The position numbers and the translations under genes were made by a program. Shown here piece after piece: positions 10,126 through 19,437 of a DNA stretch of 64,000 bases. This stretch comes from Anaerolineales bacterium. Its GTDB lineage: Bacteria; Chloroflexota; Anaerolineae; Anaerolineales; UBA11579. The DNA lies in NCBI GenBank assembly GCA_035446285.1, contig DAOMSJ010000001.1:298796-362795 (forward strand), in the 5' to 3' direction. Under the pieces are notes generated by a model, which worked only from the letters and a program-made list of their open reading frames with translations, ran no database searches and had not been told where the DNA came from. Position 1 is the stretch's first letter. The number at the start of each line of letters is the position of its first letter.

Positions 10126-11070
10126 CTACTTCTTTGCCACCTGCGCCAAGCGCGGGTCCATCGCATCACGCACGCCGTCACCCAGCAGGTTGAAGGCCAG
10201 CACGGTCAGCATGATCGCCAGGCCGGGGAAGAACACGAGGTGCGGCGCGGTGAAGACTTGATTGCGCTCGCTGCCCAGCATGGTGCCCCACTCTGGCGTA
10301 GGCGGTTGCGCGCCCAAGCCCAGGAAGGAGAGTGCCGCCGCTTCCAAAATGGCGGCGGCAATGCTCAGCGTGGCCTGCACCACCAGCGTGGGCAACGCAT
10401 TGGGGAAGATGCGCACGAACAGCAGGCGCAGCGAGTTGGCGCCGAGGGCGCGGGAGGCCGAAACGAATTCTTGCTCTTTGATGGAAAGCACCGAGGCGCG
10501 CACCAAGCGCGCGAACACCGGAATATTGACGATGGCAATGGCATACAACGCATTCTGCAAGCCGCGCCCGATCACAGTAATGATGGCAATTGCCAGCAGA
10601 AAGCTGGGGAAGGCCAGCACCACATCCATAAAGCGCATGATGACATTGTCCACCCAGCCGCCCACGTAGCCAGACACCGCGCCGATTACGGCCCCCACCA
10701 CAACGGCCATGCCAATCGTGGAGAAGCCAATGAACAGCGATACACGCGTGCCGTAAATAATGCGGCTGTAGACATCACGATAGTTGGCGTCGATGCCCAT
10801 CAGATGCTCTGGCTTATCTGCCGGGCAGCCCAGCAAATGGATACATGGCGCCTCGCGCTCTTTGAGCGTCTCGACGCCCAACAGGGATTGCACAGGGTCA
10901 TAGGGCGCAATCGCAGGCGCAAAAATAGCCACCAGGGTCAAAAAAACCAGAATGGCGAGGCCCACCATGGCATTGCGCTGCTTGAACAGCCGCCGCCAGG
11001 TGAGCGCCGCCAGGCTGCGCGAGCGCAAGCCATCAGTAGGGGCCGTAACGATCTCTATATTGGTCGTCAT
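10126..11070 (-). CDS. peptide ABC transporter permease (OppC/DppC type)
   Basis: Polytopic 314-aa ORF with the binding-protein-dependent permease loop 'EFVSASRALGANSLRLLFVRIFPNALP'. Confidence 0.9.
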   Translation of the reverse strand: MTTNIEIVTAPTDGLRSRSLAALTWRRLFKQRNAMVGLAILVFLTLVAIFAPAIAPYDPVQSLLGVETLKEREAPCIHLLGCPADKPEHLMGIDANYRDVYSRIIYGTRVSLFIGFSTIGMAVVVGAVIGAVSGYVGGWVDNVIMRFMDVVLAFPSFLLAIAIITVIGRGLQNALYAIAIVNIPVFARLVRASVLSIKEQEFVSASRALGANSLRLLFVRIFPNALPTLVVQATLSIAAAILEAAALSFLGLGAQPPTPEWGTMLGSERNQVFTAPHLVFFPGLAIMLTVLAFNLLGDGVRDAMDPRLAQVAKK

Positions 11071-11072
11071 AG

Positions 11073-12155
11073 TTATTTCAGCCGAATGCGAGGATCAATG
11101 TATGCATAGGAAATATCCACCAGCATGTTCACAACCACATAGCCCAGTGCAACCACCACTGTGAAGCCCTGAATGATGGGGTAATCACGCCCGGTGATGG
11201 CGTCAAACAACGCACGCCCCACCCCAGACAGGCCAAACGTGGTCTCCGTGAGCACCGCACCGGCGAACAGCGTACCCACCTGGATACCAATCACGGTGAT
11301 CACCGGCAGCAGTGCATTGCGCAGCGCATGCTTGAGGATCACCAGGTTCTCGGCTACGCCTTTGGCGCGGGCGGCGCGCACATACTCGCGGCCGAGCACA
11401 TCCAGCATACTGGAGCGCGTGATGCGGGCAATGATCGCCAACGGAATCGTGCTCAGGGCGATGGCGGGCAGGATCATGTGGCGGAAAGCATCCACCAACA
11501 CGTTCCATTGGCCCGTGATAAGTGCATTGAAGAAAACAAAATTAGACGCAAAGTCAGCCAGCATGTAAATGCCGGTGCCACGCGTCAACCCCAATCCCCA
11601 CACCTGATAAAAGGGATCGGGGATCACGCCCGCCGTCAGGCGCCCGGTGGGGGCCAGCCAGAAGGGCGTATCCTTCAGCAAAATGGCGAACACATACGCC
11701 AACATCAGTCCCAGCCAGTACACCGGCATGGAAACGCCGATGTTGGCGCCGATCATGGTGCTGACGTCCACTGCGGAGTTGCGCCGCACAGCCGAGATCA
11801 CGCCCATGGGCACACCCACCAGAATAGAGATAAACAAGGCCGAGAACCCCAGCTCCAGCGTGACGGGCAGGCGTTCGATGATCATTTGCGAGACCGGGCG
11901 GCTGTAGCGGATCGAATCGCCGAAGTTGCCGCGCAACAGGATCTCACGCATGTAAATGCCCAGCTGCACAATCATGGGCTTGTCCAGCCCCATGCGTTCA
12001 TTGAACGCATCGCAGACCGCATCCGTGGCACGTTCCCCCAGCGCCGAACGGCAGGGGTCACCGGGAATTGAACGCGCAATGACGAATGTCACCACAAGGA
12101 TGCCCAAGACCACCGGGATGGTTAGCAGAATACGGCGCAGTATGTACTTTGACAT
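11073..12155 (-). CDS. peptide ABC transporter permease (OppB/DppB type)
   Basis: 'MSKYILRRILLTIPVVLGILVVTF' is the typical OppB N-terminus, and the permease loop is 'REYVRAARAKGVAENLVILKHALRNALLP'. I prefer ATG at 12155. The track's TTG at 12188 would read through a 10-bp hairpin. Confidence 0.85.
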   Translation of the reverse strand: MSKYILRRILLTIPVVLGILVVTFVIARSIPGDPCRSALGERATDAVCDAFNERMGLDKPMIVQLGIYMREILLRGNFGDSIRYSRPVSQMIIERLPVTLELGFSALFISILVGVPMGVISAVRRNSAVDVSTMIGANIGVSMPVYWLGLMLAYVFAILLKDTPFWLAPTGRLTAGVIPDPFYQVWGLGLTRGTGIYMLADFASNFVFFNALITGQWNVLVDAFRHMILPAIALSTIPLAIIARITRSSMLDVLGREYVRAARAKGVAENLVILKHALRNALLPVITVIGIQVGTLFAGAVLTETTFGLSGVGRALFDAITGRDYPIIQGFTVVVALGYVVVNMLVDISYAYIDPRIRLK

Positions 12156-12170
12156 AAGGTAGTGAGTAAC

Positions 12171-12210
12171 GCGGGATGGGCTCGGCAATTGCTTGCCTTA
12201 CCCATCCCGC
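12171..12210 (-). promoter_or_regulatory. intercistronic stem-loop between the peptide-binding-protein gene and the first permease gene
   Basis: Perfect 10-bp inverted repeat, gcgggatggg (12171-12180) and cccatcccgc (12201-12210), with a 20-nt loop and no U-tract. Confidence 0.5.
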
Positions 12211-12245
12211 GCGGATAACTCAGGTTCTAGCAGCTAACGTGAGCT

Positions 12246-13916
12246 TTACGGAGCGTTGATGAAGCTGTCCCACAGGTAGCCATAGTAATCAAAGCTACCA
12301 GTGTTACCCACGTGGTACGGGTTCGAGGCGTCCAGGCCGCGGGCCCAGGAGGCCACTACGTCGTCAGCATCGAAGTCAGAACCATCGTGGAACTTCACAC
12401 CTTCACGCAGGTTGCAGGTCCACACAGTCGAGTCAGCATTGGCCTCGCAAGAGGTGGCCAACTCGGGATAGGTGGCGCCGGAGTCCTTGCCGTACTCCAA
12501 CAGGGTTTCAACAACCTGCTGGCAGGCGGTCAGGGATTCACCGTCGGTCTCGTCAGCACAGTCAAGGCTGATGGGTTCAGCGTTCTGAACGAACACAATG
12601 CTGTCCGTGCCATTGTCCAGATAGTTGAACTGCGGAGCGCCAAACGGCGGGTAGTACGCACCCTGCAGGGAAGACAGGGCGGCGTGGGCCGCGGCACCGT
12701 GCGCCACGGGGATCAGGGGCACGAGGTCCTTGACGGCGTTGTTGGCTTCGGCATACAGCGGGGCAGCCGTGGCCAGGTCAGCGATCGAGGAGGCTTCCTG
12801 CAGAGGACCGTAGATCTCCTCATGGGCAGTACCAAACTGCGGGTTGTTCTCCGCAAAGTGGAAGTCCATGAAGTTGGTCACGTGCGGGTAGTCAGCGCCC
12901 CAACCCAGCAGATGCATACCATCGGTCAGATTGCCGGAGGTGGAAGCATCGATGAACTCACCAGATTCCATGGGAACCACTTCAACGGTGATACCCAGGT
13001 TCTCCTGCAGCTGAGCCTGGATTTCAGTGGCTACACGAGCCGGCTCGGGCAGGTACACGCGGAACACGTCACGATAGTACAGCTTGGTGGTGAAGCCATC
13101 CGGGTAACCGGCTTCGGCCAGCAGCGCGCGGCCAGCTTCAGCATCGAAGGTGTACCAGGCGTCGCCTTCACAACCATTGGGGATACCGCAAGGGGTGAAG
13201 TGGGAAGCCACTTCGGAACCAGCAGGGTAGAAGTTGTCCACAATGCGCTGGTAGTCAATGCCCATGGCAATGGCGCGGCGTACGTCTACATTGTCGTACG
13301 GCTCAGCCGTGTTGGTGAAACCAATGTAGAAGACGTTCGGGTTGTCCTGGTTGATCAGCTGCAGGTTGGTGTCACCCTGAATGGTGGCATAGTCAGACGG
13401 GCTGACGTTGCTGATGAAGTCAGCGGTGCCGGCCTGCAGTTCCTGCAGACGGGCGGCGCCTTCAGTCAGCCAGCGCAGCGTTACAGTGCTGGCACTACCA
13501 GCCTCACCCCAGTAGCCGTCAAAGCGAGTGTAGACCAGCTGGTTGCCGCGGTCCCACTCAGCCACCTGGTAGGGGCCGGTACCAATGGGGTTCTCGAGCA
13601 GCTCACCAGAGCCGCCCGTGCGGGCGAGGTGCTCCTGCGGCTGAATGCCGAAGGGGGTGAAGGCAATCTTGGCCTCAAACGCCGGGTCCGGCTTGCACAG
13701 CGTGAAGACCACAGTGAGCTCATCCACCGCTTCGATGGTAAGCACCTTACCGCCGTAGTCACAGCTACCGGCATCCAGCTTCAGGCCTTCAAATGCTGCC
13801 AGGGCCGTAAACTCGTCTTCCACCACGGGGGCGGCAGTGCCGCCGCCACAGGCGACAAGCACGAGGCTCAAAGCCACGAGCAGAGCAAACAGCGTGCTCA
13901 TTTTCTTCATATTCAT
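12246..13916 (-). CDS. ABC transporter substrate-binding lipoprotein, family 5 (peptide/nickel)
   Basis: Lipoprotein signal 'LFALLVALSLVLVACGGG' on a 556-aa family-5 SBP-sized product. It is the first gene of the Opp-like operon. AAGGAG spacing favours the second ATG at 13910. Confidence 0.85.
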   Translation of the reverse strand: MNMKKMSTLFALLVALSLVLVACGGGTAAPVVEDEFTALAAFEGLKLDAGSCDYGGKVLTIEAVDELTVVFTLCKPDPAFEAKIAFTPFGIQPQEHLARTGGSGELLENPIGTGPYQVAEWDRGNQLVYTRFDGYWGEAGSASTVTLRWLTEGAARLQELQAGTADFISNVSPSDYATIQGDTNLQLINQDNPNVFYIGFTNTAEPYDNVDVRRAIAMGIDYQRIVDNFYPAGSEVASHFTPCGIPNGCEGDAWYTFDAEAGRALLAEAGYPDGFTTKLYYRDVFRVYLPEPARVATEIQAQLQENLGITVEVVPMESGEFIDASTSGNLTDGMHLLGWGADYPHVTNFMDFHFAENNPQFGTAHEEIYGPLQEASSIADLATAAPLYAEANNAVKDLVPLIPVAHGAAAHAALSSLQGAYYPPFGAPQFNYLDNGTDSIVFVQNAEPISLDCADETDGESLTACQQVVETLLEYGKDSGATYPELATSCEANADSTVWTCNLREGVKFHDGSDFDADDVVASWARGLDASNPYHVGNTGSFDYYGYLWDSFINAP

Positions 13917-14020
13917 TTCTCCTTAAGAACTTCTCCGTCCAAACTGCCATTGGTAAAACCGGTGAAACTTACTGAACTCAGCCTCACCTCCTTTGCTACC
14001 CTTGTAAAACTGGGTAGCTG

Positions 14021-14050
14021 ATTATAGTACTTCTTGAGAAGCCGGGTCAA
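14021..14050 (-). promoter_or_regulatory. candidate sigma-70-type promoter of the peptide ABC operon
   Basis: The minus strand reads TTGACC (14050-14045), an 18-nt spacer, then TATAAT (14026-21). It sits about 100 nt upstream of the SBP start and immediately after the preceding gene's stop. Confidence 0.5.
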
Positions 14051-14060
14051 CGACTTAATC

Positions 14061-14813
14061 CTAGTGGTGCAAAATCTGTGAGAGGAACAGCTTGGTGCGC
14101 TCTTCCTGGGGGTTGTTGAACAGAGTCTGCGGAGTGCCCTTTTCAACAATCAGGCCGTGATCCATAAAAATCACTTCATCGGCAGCGGCGCGCGCAAAAC
14201 CCATTTCATGGGTTACGCAGACCATGGTCATGCCTTCTTTAGCCAGAGCCAGCATCACATCCAGCACTTCTTTGATCATCTCCGGGTCCAGCGCGCTGGT
14301 GGGTTCATCAAACAGCATGATCTTGGGGTTCATCGCCAGCGCACGCGCAATCGCCACACGCTGCTGCTGCCCGCCAGATAGCTGGGCCGGGAAGCTATCC
14401 GCCTTTTCAGCAATACCCACACGTTTAAGCTGCTCATGAGCAGTCTGGATGGCCTCCTGCTTGCTGCGGCCGCGCACCACGCGCTGCGCCAGGACAATAT
14501 TGTCCAGCACGGTCAGATGCGGGAATAAGTTGAACAGTTGGAAGACCATGCCGATCTCGGCACGGATGCTGTTGATGTCTTTGTTCTTCTCATTGAGGCG
14601 CTTGCCGTCCACCCACACCTCACCCTCGGTTTCCACCTCCAGGTGATTGATGCAGCGCAGCAGGGTGCTCTTGCCAGAGCCGCTTGGCCCCACAATGACG
14701 ACCACTTTGCCGCGCTCTACAGAGAGATCAACACCGCGCAATGCCTGCACATCGCCAAAGTACTTGTGCAGATTGCGGATCTCAATAATGGGCTTATTTT
14801 CGGCTGTTGCCAT
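14061..14813 (-). CDS. polar amino-acid ABC transporter ATP-binding protein
   Basis: '[15 protein letters not shown]', '[19 protein letters not shown]', '[11 protein letters not shown]'; GlnQ/HisP-like, 250 aa. Confidence 0.9.
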   Translation of the reverse strand: MATAENKPIIEIRNLHKYFGDVQALRGVDLSVERGKVVVIVGPSGSGKSTLLRCINHLEVETEGEVWVDGKRLNEKNKDINSIRAEIGMVFQLFNLFPHLTVLDNIVLAQRVVRGRSKQEAIQTAHEQLKRVGIAEKADSFPAQLSGGQQQRVAIARALAMNPKIMLFDEPTSALDPEMIKEVLDVMLALAKEGMTMVCVTHEMGFARAAADEVIFMDHGLIVEKGTPQTLFNNPQEERTKLFLSQILHH

Positions 14814-15684
14814 GTAAACGTTTCTCCAAAATACGCACCAGGACCGACAGAACCAGGGTCATGCCCAGATACAGGATAGCCAGAATGGTATAGGCTTCAC
14901 GGAAACGGAAGGTGCGCCCAGCATACAAGCGGGCCACCTGGGTAATGTCACGCACTGCCAGCATAGACACCAGCGAGGAGTCTTTAACCATGGCCACAAA
15001 ATCATTGCCCAGGGCGGGCAGCACGTTGCGGATGGCCTGCGGCAGGACGACGTAACGCATGGCCTGGGCATAGCTCATGCCCAGCGAACGTGCCGCTTCC
15101 ATCTGCCCCTTACCGATCGACTCAATGCCGGCGCGGAAGATCTCGGCCAGGAAGGCGCCATAGGTGACCGAGAGGGCAATGATGGCACGCACGTTCAATG
15201 AAATGCTGTCATTGTTGATGCCAGCCAGCGGGCCGCCAATAAAGCCCAGCCCCACCGAGGTAAGCCAGTCGCCCACCGCCTTGAACAGGCCCAATGAATC
15301 TGGCACCGCCACCAGGGCAATATAGAAGATCAGCACCAGAATGGGGATGCCGCGCACCAACTCTACGTACAGCGTGGCCACATTGCGAATGACCACATTG
15401 CGGGAGATGCGTCCCAAGCCAGCCACCAAACCGAGCACCAGGGCAATGCCGTAGGCATACAACGTGGTGGTGATGGTGATGCCAATACCAATGCGGATAA
15501 AGGCCAGCGCTTCACCAAAGCTTGATTGCGTGGTGACCAGGTAAAAGGCGCCAATCGCTATGACGAAAATTCCCCCAACCCACCAGGGGAATTCATCAAT
15601 ACGCTCTTGCAAAGTCTTTTTGCGGCCCTGAACTGCAGTAGACGCGGAAACTTTGCTTGGGTCTATGTCCGTGGAATGGGTCAT
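14794..15684 (-). CDS. polar amino-acid ABC transporter permease
   Basis: Permease loop '[32 protein letters not shown]'. I prefer ATG at 15684, which is preceded by GGAGG. The track start at 15726 would translate through the terminator hairpin. Confidence 0.85.
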   Translation of the reverse strand: MTHSTDIDPSKVSASTAVQGRKKTLQERIDEFPWWVGGIFVIAIGAFYLVTTQSSFGEALAFIRIGIGITITTTLYAYGIALVLGLVAGLGRISRNVVIRNVATLYVELVRGIPILVLIFYIALVAVPDSLGLFKAVGDWLTSVGLGFIGGPLAGINNDSISLNVRAIIALSVTYGAFLAEIFRAGIESIGKGQMEAARSLGMSYAQAMRYVVLPQAIRNVLPALGNDFVAMVKDSSLVSMLAVRDITQVARLYAGRTFRFREAYTILAILYLGMTLVLSVLVRILEKRLHGNSRK

Positions 15685-15692
15685 GAGCCTCC

Positions 15693-15733
15693 GTGGAAGA
15701 AAAAACCGGTGTGCAGTCAACTGCACACCGGTT
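15693..15733 (-). terminator. intrinsic terminator/attenuator between the SBP and permease genes
   Basis: Perfect 13-bp stem, aaccggtgtgcag (15704-15716) and ctgcacaccggtt (15721-15733), with a 4-nt loop. On the minus strand it is followed by UUUUUUCUU. It lies 19 nt upstream of the permease ATG. Confidence 0.65.
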
Positions 15734-15764
15734 ATTTATAACCTAGAAACCAAGGCTAAACGAA

Positions 15765-16637
15765 TTACTCGCCGTCTTCGCCGTAAGCACCCGGGCCAAT
15801 GTCGTCATAGGTGACATTGAAGTCAGCGCCGAAGTACTGGGTGTTGAGGGCGGCCAGCGTACCGTCAGCCATCATCGCCTGGATAGCCTGGTTGACGGGG
15901 TCAACCAGATCGCTGCCCATGGGGAAGATGAAGCCAAGCTGATCGCTGGACATGGAGGGGCCGATGAGCTTGAGCACATCGGCGTTCTCACCCAGGTACC
16001 CCTGGCCAGCGGTCTCGTCGATGATCACGGCGTCAATGTCACCGGCGACCAAAGCCTGCACAGCGAAGGGGAACTGCTCGAAGGCCTGGATGCGCTCTTC
16101 CGGCAGGTAGGTGGCGGCGATTTCATAGTTGGTGGTGCCAGTCTGAGTACCCAGCTTCAGGCCGTCATCCGCAACGATGTCCTCGATGCTGTTGATGCGG
16201 GTCTCGTCCTGGCGCACCAGCAAACGAACGTCAATGTTGACGTAGCCAATGGAGAAATCCACAATCTGGGCGCGGTCCTCGGTGATGGTGATACCGTCAG
16301 CGGCGGCGTCAAACTGGCCATCCGCCACAGCCTGGATCATGCCGTCCCACGCAGCCTCGGTGTACACCGGGGTGCAGTGCAGGCGGGTGCAGATTTCGTC
16401 CCACGCATCGTAGTCCCAACCGCCGGGGATGCCGGTCTCGGCGTCCACATAGTTGAAGGGTAGGTAAGCGTTCTCGATGGCGATGGTCACCTCACGGCAA
16501 TCCATATCCACAATGGCGTCAGCCGCGGTGCCGAGACACTCGCCGCCTCGCACTGTGGGGTCACCACCAGCGCCACAGGCAGTGAGTACCAAAGCGCCCA
16601 CAATGAGAACAAAAAGGGTAAAGCGAACTTTCTGCAT
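15765..16637 (-). CDS. amino-acid ABC transporter substrate-binding lipoprotein, family 3
   Basis: 'MQKVRFTLFVLIVGALVLTACG' is a lipoprotein signal, followed by an SBP_bac_3-like body. ATG at 16637 is preceded by AAGGAGG. The track's TTG at 16706 adds 23 implausible residues. Confidence 0.85.
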   Translation of the reverse strand: MQKVRFTLFVLIVGALVLTACGAGGDPTVRGGECLGTAADAIVDMDCREVTIAIENAYLPFNYVDAETGIPGGWDYDAWDEICTRLHCTPVYTEAAWDGMIQAVADGQFDAAADGITITEDRAQIVDFSIGYVNIDVRLLVRQDETRINSIEDIVADDGLKLGTQTGTTNYEIAATYLPEERIQAFEQFPFAVQALVAGDIDAVIIDETAGQGYLGENADVLKLIGPSMSSDQLGFIFPMGSDLVDPVNQAIQAMMADGTLAALNTQYFGADFNVTYDDIGPGAYGEDGE

Positions 16638-16720
16638 CTTGTTCCTCCTTAGGAACGATTCAAACGGGTTACACATAAATGTACTCTGAATCAGGTTCGC
16701 ATGCAATAACGCACGCGCGA

Positions 16721-16885
16721 TCAGGCCTTTTTCTCTTCGTCCTTCTTCTCGTCTTCGCCAGCCACCCCTTTACGGAAGGCGCGAATACCCGAGCCCAGAT
16801 CCTCGCCCAGTTTCCCCAGACGACCCACACCAAAGATCAGCACCACAATAATGAGGATGACAATCCATTCCCAACCACTGAACAT
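16721..16885 (-). CDS. tatA: twin-arginine translocase subunit TatA/E (54 aa; below the ORF-track length cutoff)
   Basis: My translation is MFSGWEWIVILIIVVLIFGVGRLGKLGEDLGSGIRAFRKGVAGEDEKKDEEKKA. It has a TM helix, the FG hinge, an amphipathic 'LGSGIRAFRKG' segment and a charged tail. AGGAGG lies 5 nt upstream of the ATG. Confidence 0.85.
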   Translation of the reverse strand: MFSGWEWIVILIIVVLIFGVGRLGKLGEDLGSGIRAFRKGVAGEDEKKDEEKKA

Positions 16886-16991
16886 AACTACCTCCTGCCT
16901 GAAAACAATGCTTTCAGTGCGGCGATTCTACCAAAGCACACCTGCCCACTGCGATTTTTGAGATTAGAATGCTCGGCTACGGGGCCAGGCT

Positions 16992-18359
16992 GTGTCCACA
17001 CCAGAATTCTCCACACACGTTCACCACGCGCTGCAAACTCTAGGCAAACGAGTCGTGCGCAATCCGCACATCGAGCGGCTGCTGTTTTATGAGCGCCTGT
17101 GCGCCCAGCCGGCGCGCAACGGCCGCGCCACTCCGCCCTCCGTAGAGCTGTTCCTGCGCCGCGCCCTGCGCGAGTTCCGCACTGAGCATGCCGAGCACGC
17201 CAAACTGCTCACGCGCCGCTTCCAGGAGCAAGAGACCGCCAAGGAAATTGCCCACAGCCAATCGATCAGCCAGGAGACGGTGAACCGCAACCAGCAGCGC
17301 GCCATCCGCCTGTTTGCTGGCTGGCTGCTGGAGCAGGAGCAGGCCGCGCAGCAACAGCGCCGCGCCGCTCTGTTGGCCAGCCTGCCACCGGCCAGCTTTG
17401 GTGCGCTGGTGGGCGTGGATGCGCTGCAGAAAAAGCTCACCGGCCTGTTGCGCCGCCCTGAGCTGCCGTGGGTGCTGTGTCTCAGCGGCATCGGTGGCAT
17501 CGGCAAGACATCACTCGTTAATCAAGCACTGCGCAACGTGTTGGACCCATCGCCCTACCGCGGCATCGTGTGGCTCACTGTGCCACACGATCAGCCCTTG
17601 ACCCAGCGCACCATGCTGGCTGAACTGAGCCGGCGTCTGTTGCCCCCCACCCTGCCCGCCAGCGAACGGTTGGCCGCGCTGCAGACACGCCTCAAGCAGC
17701 ACGCCCACCTCATCGTGCTGGACGATGTCAGCACTGAGCTGGATGACCCAGCCTGGGTGGATTGGCTGCACAGTTTCGCCAACCCCAGCCGCTTTGTGCT
17801 GTGCAGCCGCCAACTGCCCGCCACGCTGGCGCGCGCCTACCTGTTGCCCATGGGCGAGATGAACGCCAAGGCTGCGCTGGCGCTAATGAGTTACCAGGCG
17901 CGTGAAGTGGGGCTGGAGGAGAGCGTACCCGTGCTGCGCAAGCACGCCGCGGCGCTGTATGCGCGCACGGGCGGCAACCCGCTGGCGCTCAAGCTGGCCG
18001 TAGGCCTGCTACACAGCTGGCCCATCACCGCGATCCTGGAAGCGCTCGAAGAACGCAGCCAGCCAGACATCGCTGCACTGTATACCGCCATCTATCAGGC
18101 CAGTTGGCAGGCGCTGAGTGAAGATGGCCAGCGCTTGCTGCTGGCCATGCCGCTGGTGGCCGCCGAGGGCGCCAGCCTGGCGCAGCTGCGCGCCATCAGC
18201 GGGCTGGGGGCCGCCGCGCTGCGCAACGCCATTCGTGAGCTGCACACCCGCAGCCTGCTGGATGCCAGTGGCGAGGCTGGGGACAAGCGCTACAGCATTC
18301 ACCACCTGACGCGCAGCTTCGTGCGCCAACATATTTTGCGTACGCCACCACATTCTTGA
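16992..18359 (+). CDS. STAND NTPase: N-terminal sigma-70 region-4-like HTH fused to an NB-ARC ATPase
   Basis: HTH 'ETAKEIAHSQSISQETVNRNQQRAIRLFAGWL', P-loop 'LSGIGGIGKTSL', Walker B 'HLIVLDDV', 'GGNPLALKLA' (GLPL-like) and a winged-helix end 'YSIHHLTRSFV'. GTG start. Confidence 0.8.
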   Translation: MSTPEFSTHVHHALQTLGKRVVRNPHIERLLFYERLCAQPARNGRATPPSVELFLRRALREFRTEHAEHAKLLTRRFQEQETAKEIAHSQSISQETVNRNQQRAIRLFAGWLLEQEQAAQQQRRAALLASLPPASFGALVGVDALQKKLTGLLRRPELPWVLCLSGIGGIGKTSLVNQALRNVLDPSPYRGIVWLTVPHDQPLTQRTMLAELSRRLLPPTLPASERLAALQTRLKQHAHLIVLDDVSTELDDPAWVDWLHSFANPSRFVLCSRQLPATLARAYLLPMGEMNAKAALALMSYQAREVGLEESVPVLRKHAAALYARTGGNPLALKLAVGLLHSWPITAILEALEERSQPDIAALYTAIYQASWQALSEDGQRLLLAMPLVAAEGASLAQLRAISGLGAAALRNAIRELHTRSLLDASGEAGDKRYSIHHLTRSFVRQHILRTPPHS

Positions 18360-19408
18360 TGAAGAGTAACCGCCGCTGGGCGCGCCATGCTCATAGGGAA
18401 GCCATCCGCAACAATGTAGCTTTCTGGGCAGTGCAGCCTATCTCTACCCAACGCAATGACGCCAACAATGTGCATCTGGCCATCCAGCATGGCTTGAGGC
18501 TCAGCAGCACACGCACCAGCGCTGCACGTCTACTCGGCAGCAGCTTTAGCTTGGCGCAGGCACAGCCAGCCCACTGGCTGCCGCTGTATGCGCTAGCCAT
18601 GCGTAACACGCAACTGCCCAGCCGCCTGCGTGCTGAGCTGCACTATCAGCACGCCGCGCTGCTTTGGGTAGCCGGCAACCGCCCGCAGGCGGCTAGCGCC
18701 TTTCAGCGCGCGCTGCGCATGGCGCGCCAGTATGGCCACCCTGCTTTGCAAGCACGCAACCTGATAGGCCTGTGCCTGGTGCACTCGCAAGACCCTGTGC
18801 GCGCTAACAAAGCCGCCAATCAGCTCAGCCAACTTTTGCCCAGCATCCCGCCTGTTTTGCAGGCACACGCGCATGCAGCGCTGGGCTACGTGGCCTACTT
18901 TGCACGCCAGCATCACGCCGCCGCGCTGCACTTCGCCGCGGCGATCGATGCCGCGCCGCCCAGCGTGGCGCGCGGCCAGCTACACACACTGGCTGGGTTA
19001 AACGCACTGGCGCAAGACCTGCCCGCTGCAGCCCTAAAACACTACAACGCCGCAGCGCTGCTGTTGCAACGCCACCAAGCCGGCACCAGCCAACTGGCAC
19101 GTGTGGAGTTGCTGCGCGCCACGGCTCACTATCACAAGACTACGCGCGGCCAGCGCGTGCGCCTGCAACCGGCCATCGCCGCGCTGCAACGCGCCGCAGC
19201 CCTGCTGGCCCATAGCCACAGCGATGCCAGCAGCCGCAGTCACCTGGAGAGCCTGCTCGGCCGCGCCTACACGCGCAGCGGCGATGTGGCCAGCGGGCTG
19301 CGCTACCTGGCCAGCGCGCTGCAACTGTCCGAAGACGCCGGCGAACACGCCATGGCGGCAGACATCTTCGCGGCGCTGCAACAACTGGAAAACAAAAACC
19401 CCGCCTAG
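18359..19408 (+). CDS. TPR-like repeat protein, probable sensor/C-terminal module of the upstream STAND NTPase
   Basis: Ala/Leu-rich helical repeats (AASAFQRALRMARQYGHPALQARNL, AHAALGYVAYFARQHHAAALHF, LLGRAYTRSGDVASGLRYLASAL). The ATG at 18359 overlaps the upstream TGA (TGATG). Confidence 0.7.
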   Translation: MKSNRRWARHAHREAIRNNVAFWAVQPISTQRNDANNVHLAIQHGLRLSSTRTSAARLLGSSFSLAQAQPAHWLPLYALAMRNTQLPSRLRAELHYQHAALLWVAGNRPQAASAFQRALRMARQYGHPALQARNLIGLCLVHSQDPVRANKAANQLSQLLPSIPPVLQAHAHAALGYVAYFARQHHAAALHFAAAIDAAPPSVARGQLHTLAGLNALAQDLPAAALKHYNAAALLLQRHQAGTSQLARVELLRATAHYHKTTRGQRVRLQPAIAALQRAAALLAHSHSDASSRSHLESLLGRAYTRSGDVASGLRYLASALQLSEDAGEHAMAADIFAALQQLENKNPA

Positions 19409-19421
19409 TGGCGGGGTTTTT
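19394..19421. terminator. bidirectional intrinsic terminator between convergent genes
   Basis: aaaaaccccgcc / tagt loop / ggcggggttttt. The GC core is flanked by an A-run and a T-run, so it works on both strands. The TAG stop of the TPR gene lies in the loop. Confidence 0.8.
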
Positions 19422-19437
19422 CGTTTGTCTATTAAGC

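Noticed and set aside
9328-11109. 593-aa plus-strand ORF spanning two ABC transporter genes
   Set aside because: It is antisense to well-supported oppD/oppC genes. The product is His/Arg/Gln/Gly-rich with no motifs. This is a typical stop-codon-poor shadow frame of GC-rich coding DNA.
12312-14021. 569-aa plus-strand ORF
   Set aside because: It is the mirror image of the family-5 substrate-binding protein gene. It has no recognisable domain and runs through the operon promoter region.
16679-17092. 137-aa plus-strand ORF
   Set aside because: It overlaps tatA on the opposite strand and the 5' end of the STAND gene. The sequence is implausible, and the region is better explained by tatA plus promoter DNA.
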